A DNA stretch of 64,000 nucleotides from Escherichia phage vB_EcoM_IME392. Positions 36,437 through 43,943 of the stretch are shown piece by piece. Within the stretch, counting starts at the first letter, position 1, and each line of letters starts with the position of its first letter. The stretch is from the sequence record MH719082.1; one strand, 5' to 3'. The notes under the pieces are model-generated. The model was not told the origin of the DNA and searched no databases. It saw only the letters and a list, made by a program, of their open reading frames with translations. Position numbers and translations under genes: made by a program.

Positions 36437-36474
36437 CTACGGCCTCTTATTGAGGCCGTAGTTTTTCTTGTTTT
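36437..36474 (+). terminator. Rho-independent terminator after the major capsid gene
   Basis: CTACGGCCTC-ttatt-GAGGCCGTAG (10-bp perfect stem) followed by TTTTTCTTGTTTT. Confidence 0.7.
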
Positions 36475-36482
36475 AATTTACT

Positions 36483-36512
36483 TTGACATATCTCGATTAG
36501 TCAAACTAAATT
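36483..36512 (+). promoter_or_regulatory. Sigma70-like promoter candidate upstream of gene 36560
   Basis: TTGACA, 18-nt spacer, TAAATT, about 45 nt upstream of ATG 36560. Confidence 0.3.
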
Positions 36513-36559
36513 TAGTCAGGACGACACACTAGCACTAACCACCAACCAAAGAGGTAGAT

Positions 36560-37276
36560 ATGTATAAGGTAACTAATAAGTCCGAGTACACTGTTCAAGC
36601 TAACCTATCCGCAGACGGTCCGGTAAGCATCGCTCCTAAAGAGAGTCTGACCATTCGTAACCCGTCTCGCGATTTCGTTAAAGAGATCGGTCGCGTATCT
36701 AACCTGCTTTCCTATACGGAAGTAAGTGGTGATGCGTCTGGTGATCAGACCGATAAAGACGAAGTGGTCGTAGCTGAGCCAGAACATCCGAACTCGCTGG
36801 ACAAAGAGCCAGGTACTGTTATTCAGGGTACTGCTCTGACCAAAGAAGAAATTAACACTGCTGCTGAGCGCTCTGATCATAAGATCAATGACAAAGTGCC
36901 CGACACTGCGGTAGTTGGCGCTAACCAGGATGCTGCTGCACCTAAAACTGGTGGCGAGTCTAACGTCGCTCCTAAAGAAGTGACTGACGCAGAATTAAAT
37001 AACGCTGGCGCTGGCGCTGCTGCCGGTGGTGAAGATCAGGGTACTGGTAATGCGGAAGATGCTTCTGCAGATAAATCCGACTCTGGCATCCGTCAGTTTA
37101 CCGGTGAAGAACCTACCAAATCTGAAGATGACGGCGAAGGTGAGCAGTACACTCGCGAAGAGCTGGAATCTACTCACTGGGCTACCGTTAAGAGCATCGC
37201 GGAATCTAACGGTATTGACTACACCAACAAAGGTGAAGCGATCACCGCTATTCTGGATGCTAAAGTAACCAAGTAA
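36560..37276 (+). CDS. Acidic head-associated protein (possible decoration or outer capsid protein)
   Basis: 238 aa, RBS AAAGAGGTAG. High-expression codon usage like the capsid gene; Ala/Gly/Asp/Glu-rich central region. Confidence 0.4.
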   Translation: MYKVTNKSEYTVQANLSADGPVSIAPKESLTIRNPSRDFVKEIGRVSNLLSYTEVSGDASGDQTDKDEVVVAEPEHPNSLDKEPGTVIQGTALTKEEINTAAERSDHKINDKVPDTAVVGANQDAAAPKTGGESNVAPKEVTDAELNNAGAGAAAGGEDQGTGNAEDASADKSDSGIRQFTGEEPTKSEDDGEGEQYTREELESTHWATVKSIAESNGIDYTNKGEAITAILDAKVTK

Positions 37277-37309
37277 TAGCTAAAATTCAACGAGCCTACG
37301 GAGCATAGT

Positions 37310-37846
37310 ATGGATATTCGCAGTTTAGTTCTCCAGGGAACAGATACTCTCAGGAAGAATCAATATCCTACTGGTAAAGTAGGCTCGTTCGATTTTAACT
37401 ATGTTATGAGAAATAAACAGCTCATCGTTAAATCTCAGGCACGCCCTTCCAGTGGTGAATCGTATTCGGCATATCAGTCCCAGATTGTATTCTCTGGAGT
37501 AGGTTATTCTGATGTTCCGTCTCCTGATTTCCCTCTGACGTACAATTCTCCTAACGGGAAGATTTATCTTCAGAAGCCTACCACTCGGAATACTGTCCAG
37601 ATCAGATGTTCTTGTAAGGACGATTATTTCATGTGGCAGTACCCTAATAAGTCTAAGGGTGCTCTCCTGGGTAGATTTAAGCCGTATGTACGTAAAACAA
37701 CGGATCGTCCTCCTAGAAACCCAGGCAACGTACCAGGAATGTGTAAACATGCTCTGGCTCTCGTGAAGAATCTGTTTTCTATGGGAGTTCTCCAGCCTGA
37801 TTCTCAGGTACAAGAGTACTTATCAAGACCAACTAGGAGTATATAA
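37310..37846 (+). CDS. Hypothetical virion protein
   Basis: 178-aa ORF in the head/neck module. Confidence 0.45.
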   Translation: MDIRSLVLQGTDTLRKNQYPTGKVGSFDFNYVMRNKQLIVKSQARPSSGESYSAYQSQIVFSGVGYSDVPSPDFPLTYNSPNGKIYLQKPTTRNTVQIRCSCKDDYFMWQYPNKSKGALLGRFKPYVRKTTDRPPRNPGNVPGMCKHALALVKNLFSMGVLQPDSQVQEYLSRPTRSI

Positions 37847-38133
37847 TGGTAACTGCAGCAGAAGTTCTTTCGTCTGTTGACGAAGCCACTTATACGATCA
37901 AGCGCATCAAACAGATTCGTGACGGTCGTCTGGTGATTCGTCAGAAGCGTCAGTACGCTGGTCCGGCACCTAAGCCAGGATTTAAGCGTAATCCTCAGAC
38001 TGGCAACATCGAGAAGATGACAGCTACTGAGCACCGTAAGCGTTCTAAAGCTGTCCGTAAGGTACAGCGTAAGGCCACGGTTAAGCTGAAACGCGCTAAA
38101 TCAATTCGTCGCAGAGAGGCTATGGGGTTATGA
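37846..38133 (+). CDS. Small highly basic protein
   Basis: 95 aa; C-terminal half is Lys/Arg-rich (HRKRSKAVRKVQRKATVKLKRAKSIRRRE). Confidence 0.45.
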   Translation: MVTAAEVLSSVDEATYTIKRIKQIRDGRLVIRQKRQYAGPAPKPGFKRNPQTGNIEKMTATEHRKRSKAVRKVQRKATVKLKRAKSIRRREAMGL

Positions 38134-38759
38134 GTCTGAGCTATGATGAACTCGTTGAATCGTTCCTGTTAGAATCAGGGCAATTTATTCTGGATAGTCT
38201 GGATGATACTGCTCTTACGCAGGACCGAGTGGAGCTTATCATAGCTAAAGAGCTAGCCACCTACTCCAGATATAAACCTAATCTGGTTACTGGAGCTTTG
38301 AATCTCTGGAATAACCGAAGATTTACTGGTAAGGATGAGCACGGTAATCCTGAGCCCATCCCTATCGTAATTCACCGACTATTCGTTAATGGTGGTTTTA
38401 CTCGCTTGATCACCAACAATAGATTCGGTACCATCTCCCAGAACTACTGGCGCTTCGATAACGGAGTGTTCAATATGTATATGGAAGATGGGCAGTACTT
38501 GTGTGAGTATGCAGTAGCGCACACCTATAATAAAGAAACTAAGTCAATCGACTCCTTAGACTTAACAGCAACTACGTTCATGAGTATGGTTCATGGTAAG
38601 ATGATGCAAGTCTTAGGCAGGTCCCGACGAGCCTTCCAGATCAGTGATAGTCCTATACTGATGGATGGTGATGCACTAATAGCGGACGGCCAACAGATGT
38701 ATGACCAGGCTATGGAAGATCTTAAAACCCAGAGCGATTACATGTTGGCTTCTATGTAA
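38130..38759 (+). CDS. Hypothetical head-tail connector-region protein
   Basis: 209-aa ORF, start overlapping the upstream stop (ATGA). Confidence 0.45.
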   Translation: MSLSYDELVESFLLESGQFILDSLDDTALTQDRVELIIAKELATYSRYKPNLVTGALNLWNNRRFTGKDEHGNPEPIPIVIHRLFVNGGFTRLITNNRFGTISQNYWRFDNGVFNMYMEDGQYLCEYAVAHTYNKETKSIDSLDLTATTFMSMVHGKMMQVLGRSRRAFQISDSPILMDGDALIADGQQMYDQAMEDLKTQSDYMLASM

Positions 38760-38768
38760 GAGGCTTTT

Positions 38769-39332
38769 ATGGAGAAGAGAACTCACCAGGATAGACTGGA
38801 GGAGGCTTCCCGCAAGTTCGCATTAGTTCAAATACCTTTAGCAGTGAAAACTGCTGGTATATATTGTCGGTTGTATCGTAAAGTCAACGACCTACGTGAT
38901 GAGGTCTACGGCAATTACGGAGGAGTCGACGAACTAATCCCCATTACAGCGAACTCGGTGTATTCTGGCATGGATAATGCAGTTGCATCGGCATCAGGTT
39001 CGTCGCTGGACTTATCCAGCTTGGGTACTTTAGAGGACGGTGCGCTAGCTCAGAACGAAATCGACGTCTCTTCGGGCTACGAAGTAGAAGACGAGTTCCG
39101 AGTGCTGCTTACCGCATCTCAATGGCGAATAGTAGCGGGCTATGAGGGAGGCTTCCTCGAGGATAGCGGGTATGCTTTTGCTCTTACCTCCAAGGACTTA
39201 AAGACAGGTGATGTCGTAGAGTTCGACAGGAAAGACGGAGCTCTCGCGAGATTCCGAGTAATTAAGCCGGTATCTCTTGGTCGAAAAGTGGATATCGTTA
39301 CCAGATTCCAATTATCAAACATAGGGGATTGA
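38769..39332 (+). CDS. Hypothetical structural protein
   Basis: 187-aa ORF in the structural operon. Confidence 0.45.
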   Translation: MEKRTHQDRLEEASRKFALVQIPLAVKTAGIYCRLYRKVNDLRDEVYGNYGGVDELIPITANSVYSGMDNAVASASGSSLDLSSLGTLEDGALAQNEIDVSSGYEVEDEFRVLLTASQWRIVAGYEGGFLEDSGYAFALTSKDLKTGDVVEFDRKDGALARFRVIKPVSLGRKVDIVTRFQLSNIGD

Positions 39333-39333
39333 T

Positions 39334-39999
39334 ATGGCTAGTTTGGCGATCACTCCTGCTGATGTAATTGCTGCTCTTAATAAGTGGTTAGCTACTAACT
39401 ATAAGACTGTTAAGAGTATCGTGTTTGATCCTATGGCTGGTTATGAAACATCCATAGAGAATGTCAGAGCCACGAGTATTCAATTGAATAACTATCGTGA
39501 GGCTAAATCCACGATGCCGATTCTGTCGTGGAACCGGACGCCCTTCCGCAGAGGAGATATGGGTAAAACCATATCCCAGAAGATGAAAGGTGCCGATGGT
39601 AAATGGTACAACGTAACTGTAGCCATGATGAAGATGGACTACAGATTCGTATTCTTCGCCACGAATATGAAAGATGTTGAGCAGTTTGAGGTTGACTGGT
39701 TAACACAGCGTGGGTTAAACGGGATTACGAATGCTACAGTGAACATGGGGCAGTCGCTAGGTGAATTTACCTTCGCCTTAAACTGGGGCATGTCTCTGGA
39801 AGATATAACCTTTAATCTGGAGACTAATTACTACAAAGCCTTAACTGGCTCTGCGGAGATTAGTGGACCGGTTATATCAGCCACGGAACTGGGTGAGGAT
39901 GACCTCAATAACCTTATCGAGGTGGTTGAGTTCCAACTCCAGTCCTGTAATGGCGGAGTACTTCCGGATAAGTTTACAATTACAGATCTCGGAGATTAA
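39334..39999 (+). CDS. Hypothetical structural protein (possible tail terminator/completion)
   Basis: 221-aa ORF immediately upstream of the sheath region. Confidence 0.4.
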   Translation: MASLAITPADVIAALNKWLATNYKTVKSIVFDPMAGYETSIENVRATSIQLNNYREAKSTMPILSWNRTPFRRGDMGKTISQKMKGADGKWYNVTVAMMKMDYRFVFFATNMKDVEQFEVDWLTQRGLNGITNATVNMGQSLGEFTFALNWGMSLEDITFNLETNYYKALTGSAEISGPVISATELGEDDLNNLIEVVEFQLQSCNGGVLPDKFTITDLGD

Positions 40000-40000
40000 G

Positions 40001-40192
40001 ATGTCTGAACAAAATAAAACCGACGCCCCAGTTAGCGAAAAGGTTCGCCTGTTCTCTATTGTGGATTATGACGTCGAGATCACCATTAAAGGTGGTCAAA
40101 CTATCCTCGTTCCTCCGAAGGGCATCCTGAAAGATGTTCCTAAAGAGTGGCTGGAAGATGTCAAACTTCCTGCTGGCGTTAAGATGAAATAA
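40001..40192 (+). CDS. Hypothetical small protein
   Basis: ORF track 39863..40192; the ATG at 40001 (MSEQNKTDAPV...) follows the stop of the upstream gene by 2 nt. Confidence 0.35.
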   Translation: MSEQNKTDAPVSEKVRLFSIVDYDVEITIKGGQTILVPPKGILKDVPKEWLEDVKLPAGVKMK

Positions 40193-40202
40193 GGAGATTT
40201 AA

Positions 40203-42002
40203 ATGTCTGCACCACGCGTAAGCTATGCGGAGCGCGATCTGAGTGCGTACGTTCCTGCCACTGAGACTATTTATGCGGCTATCGTAGTTGATGCTGTTAA
40301 AGGTCCGGTAGAGAAACCGATCGTGCCTGGCAATGCTCCCAACTTCCTGAAAATCTTTACGCCAAATGAGCAAATCGACATCGGTATGTCTACTGCGCAC
40401 TTCTCTGCGCTAACCGTGTTGGAGAAATACTCCAGCGTGGTGGTAGTTCGTGCTGCTTCTGCTGATGCTCGCTATTCAGGCGCTCTGGTAAATAAAGACG
40501 GTACCGTCGTTACTGCCAGTGATATTAAAGATCCGTCTGCAGTGGATATGGACGACGAGTCCTTCCTGATCGCAGCAGCTAACCAGGGTCTTTGGGGTGA
40601 TGAACTCCGCTTCCAGGTACTCGGCTATAAAGCTACTGAGACTGTCGCCGTAACTGGTGGTATTCTTAAGTCTACCCAGAAATGGGGTGCTGGTTATCCG
40701 GTTAAACTGGCTGGCTCTAACCTGCCTGCTGAAGTAAATGATTACACCACTTACTTCGCAGTACCTGCTGCTGGTGGTATTAAGCTGGCAACCAGCCGAG
40801 CTAATGCTACCGCATCTACTCCTGTTACATTGACCGTGTCCGATGCTACTGGAGTTATCGTATCTCCAGCTGTGGAGTACACCAAGATCCCTAATACCTT
40901 CAATCTGCGGGTATTTAAAGCGGACGATCTGGTTAATCCAGTGCTGGACGTAATCGGTTCTAAGATCAATGGTCTTAAGGATCAGGACAATAAGTCTCTG
41001 TACATCGAAGATGTTACTGCCGACAATATCTACGCTCAGGTGTTTAATAACCCTCTGAACACTGATCCGGTTACTGACATCGTTATCCCAGCAGCATTGG
41101 GTGGTGGTTCTAACGGATCTCCTGTTACCGATGGAGACTGTATTCGTGCTCTGAATAAGCTCAACAACCCTCGTGAATTCGCTATTAAAGTGATCATGAA
41201 CGGTGGTCGTACTTCTCAGGCATACGGTTCAGCGATCATCGCACTGGCAGAGTCCCGTGCTGACTGCGTCGGTATTACCTCGGTTCCTCTGACTGCACAG
41301 GGTGGTGTATCTCCTGCCCAGTCTATGGTTAACTATCGTAAGCACGACACTAACTGGGATACCAGTTATGCTGCCATGTATGCGCCTCACGTTAAGATCT
41401 ACGATCGTTACAACGACCGTAATCTGTGGGTATCTCCGGACGGCGTTGCGACGAAGGCTATCTTCGATACCGCATCTAACTTCGAGATCTGGTACCCAGT
41501 GGGTGGTAACAAGCGTGGCGTGGTTAACGTGCTGGATACGTACGTACACCTGCTAGACTCTGACCAGGATCTTCTGTATGATGCGGGTATTAACCCTATC
41601 GTATTCGAAGAAGGAGAAGGTATCAAGATCTGGGGTCAGAAGACTCTTCAGTATGCCAGCTCTATGCTGGATCGTCTGAATGTCCGACTCCTGCTGGTTA
41701 CCATCGGTCCGGCTATCCGTAAACTGCTGGCGAACTTCCTGTTCGAATTCAACGATGCGGATACTCGTGCGCTGGCTAAAGGTATGGTCGATACCTATAT
41801 GGATTCGATCATGGCTCGTCGCGGTGTTACTAAGTATGTCACTATCTGTGATGATACCAACAACACTGCAAGCGATGTGGATAACCATATCCTGCGAGTA
41901 AGCCTGCTGGTTTGCCCGAATAACTCGACCGAATACATCCCTCTGACTATTGGTATTACCAATAACAGTGTGGACTTCGATCTGGCCGCGGAAGCACTGT
42001 AA
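40203..42002 (+). CDS. Tail sheath protein
   Basis: 599 aa, AAGGAG RBS, high-expression codon usage, immediately upstream of the tube gene; size typical of contractile-tail sheath proteins. Confidence 0.6.
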   Translation: MSAPRVSYAERDLSAYVPATETIYAAIVVDAVKGPVEKPIVPGNAPNFLKIFTPNEQIDIGMSTAHFSALTVLEKYSSVVVVRAASADARYSGALVNKDGTVVTASDIKDPSAVDMDDESFLIAAANQGLWGDELRFQVLGYKATETVAVTGGILKSTQKWGAGYPVKLAGSNLPAEVNDYTTYFAVPAAGGIKLATSRANATASTPVTLTVSDATGVIVSPAVEYTKIPNTFNLRVFKADDLVNPVLDVIGSKINGLKDQDNKSLYIEDVTADNIYAQVFNNPLNTDPVTDIVIPAALGGGSNGSPVTDGDCIRALNKLNNPREFAIKVIMNGGRTSQAYGSAIIALAESRADCVGITSVPLTAQGGVSPAQSMVNYRKHDTNWDTSYAAMYAPHVKIYDRYNDRNLWVSPDGVATKAIFDTASNFEIWYPVGGNKRGVVNVLDTYVHLLDSDQDLLYDAGINPIVFEEGEGIKIWGQKTLQYASSMLDRLNVRLLLVTIGPAIRKLLANFLFEFNDADTRALAKGMVDTYMDSIMARRGVTKYVTICDDTNNTASDVDNHILRVSLLVCPNNSTEYIPLTIGITNNSVDFDLAAEAL

Positions 42003-42012
42003 GGAGATCAGG

Positions 42013-42537
42013 ATGCCGCCTATTACTTTGGATCAAGTCCGCAATCTGGGAGACTTCGCCACGATCGTCGACTGGGAATTACAGTTCATCACTGTACCTT
42101 CCGGCCTGAATAATCTGTCGGATGCAGTCTTCCTGCGTTGCGAATCTTCGGATATTCCGAAAAAGACTGGTACTTCCACATCTATCCAGATTCGTGGTCT
42201 GGTGCCAGTTAAACAGCCTGGGATTTACGCTCCTCCTCAGACTCTTACACTAACCTGTAACGAAACTGTGGATAACGCAATCGCTCAGCAGATTGCTAAC
42301 TGGCGTGAAATGTGCTACCAGACTGGTACTGGTGTTGCTGGTCGTACTCAGGATGTTAAGGCGAAACTGCGTCTTAAACGTCTGAATCGTCAGAAAGTCG
42401 GTATCTGGTATTATGATCTCGAAGGTGTATTCCTGGAAGATTATGATGCTGGTGGCCAGCTGGGCTCTACTTCGGCTGACGTACTGAAACCAGTCCTGAC
42501 GTTGTCCTACGACGACTTCAAGGAAGGAGCTCTTTAA
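42013..42537 (+). CDS. Tail tube protein
   Basis: ORF track 41950..42537; the ATG at 42013 is preceded by AAGGAG, giving about 175 aa (tube-protein size) directly after the sheath gene. Confidence 0.55.
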   Translation: MPPITLDQVRNLGDFATIVDWELQFITVPSGLNNLSDAVFLRCESSDIPKKTGTSTSIQIRGLVPVKQPGIYAPPQTLTLTCNETVDNAIAQQIANWREMCYQTGTGVAGRTQDVKAKLRLKRLNRQKVGIWYYDLEGVFLEDYDAGGQLGSTSADVLKPVLTLSYDDFKEGAL

Positions 42538-42551
42538 TAGAGAGGTAGACC

Positions 42552-43028
42552 GTGTTTTTGAATAATGTTCAACAAGTACGGTCTATCGAATGGGGACAAA
42601 TGCACTTGTGGGATGTAAGATTCCCTGATGCTCCGTCCCCATTCTCCGACTGGTTTCCTGCTACGGATTATCAGTTGAACTCAGTAACTGGGTTAGCTAT
42701 GTCTCAGCAGTTTTACATGCGAGATTTTAAGTTCCCCCAGAGTAAAGGATCTCCGGATTTAACATTCCAGGTATTGGACGATGAGAAGATGACACTCCAT
42801 GAGTGGTATCAGCATTGGTTCGATGAAATATACCAGGAATCTTCCGGAGTACTTACTTTAGCTGAGTGTGTTAGACCAGTTATAGTAGCTACCTTAAATC
42901 GTCAGAGACAGAGAGTGTTGTTAGAGACATTCTATGTATTCCCAGACGGTGCGGTAAACAGAAGTGGCTCGTCCAATTCGGATCAAGTCAACTTCACAAT
43001 GAACTTCATCATAGCAGGTAAGAACTAA
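42552..43028 (+). CDS. Hypothetical tail protein (possible tail assembly chaperone)
   Basis: 158 aa, GTG start with GAGGTAG RBS; sits between the tube and tape-measure genes. Confidence 0.4.
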   Translation: MFLNNVQQVRSIEWGQMHLWDVRFPDAPSPFSDWFPATDYQLNSVTGLAMSQQFYMRDFKFPQSKGSPDLTFQVLDDEKMTLHEWYQHWFDEIYQESSGVLTLAECVRPVIVATLNRQRQRVLLETFYVFPDGAVNRSGSSNSDQVNFTMNFIIAGKN

Positions 43029-43034
43029 GGATCA

Positions 43035-43865
43035 ATGATGGAAACTGTATCTCGTGAAGAATTAGCGTCCCAGAAGGCTTCCGAGGAAGTCGTTGCTGCG
43101 ACTCCTGTAGTCGATCCGGCTACGTCAGACTCTACTGGTATTCTGATTACCGCGGAACAGCTTCCGTCTCGGTTCTTAGCTTACCCTGCTGGTACCACTA
43201 TTTCGTATAAGCCCTACAGCTTCGGCGAAGTAGAGAGATGGTCCCACGGTAAGATGACTCTTGAGCAGAAGATCGAACTAACCTTCGCCAACATCGAAAC
43301 TCGCGGTATAACTAAGGGACAGATCGTATTCGAAGATCTCCTCCTTATTATGGTACTCCGTAAGTTAACCACGTTCTCTAAGAACGAGTGGCGTCTTTCC
43401 TACACATGCCCAGGTTGCCAGGAATATATCTCCTCTAGCCGTAGCTTAAGCGAGATTATCTTCCAGGACTTAACCGAAATAGAAGAATTGCCTATTATCC
43501 TCGATCTTCCTAATGGGGATACTCTGGAATTCACCCCGTTTACGGTTGATGATATGATGGTGTGCCGTCGTATCTCTCCCGAGCGCTCTGCGGAAGTAGA
43601 GTTGCCTAAGATGGTCCGTAATAAGACCTACGAAGAAGCCAAGAAGATTATCCTCGAGAATAAAGACTCTGATATAATTCAGGCTCTTCAGATGATCGAC
43701 GAGATTCTTGACTTTGGTCGCCAGTATATTGAATGTGCTTGCCCTAAGTGTGGACATAAGGCCGAAGTAACGGTCAAGGGGGTAAGCCAACTGGCGGAAC
43801 CGTTTCGTAGAGATGAAGTCTCTATTAAACATCTCATCTCTTTTGGCAAGAAGAAACATGGTTGA
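43035..43865 (+). CDS. Hypothetical tail-assembly protein with two CxxC zinc-ribbon-like pairs
   Basis: 276 aa; CPGCQEY and CPKCGHK. Confidence 0.4.
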   Translation: MMETVSREELASQKASEEVVAATPVVDPATSDSTGILITAEQLPSRFLAYPAGTTISYKPYSFGEVERWSHGKMTLEQKIELTFANIETRGITKGQIVFEDLLLIMVLRKLTTFSKNEWRLSYTCPGCQEYISSSRSLSEIIFQDLTEIEELPIILDLPNGDTLEFTPFTVDDMMVCRRISPERSAEVELPKMVRNKTYEEAKKIILENKDSDIIQALQMIDEILDFGRQYIECACPKCGHKAEVTVKGVSQLAEPFRRDEVSIKHLISFGKKKHG

Positions 43866-43943
43866 TCTTTACCACGTGAAAAGGATGGACTTTTCCGAGG
43901 CATTCCACCATTATCAAGAAATAGTTGCTGCGGAGAGTAAATA

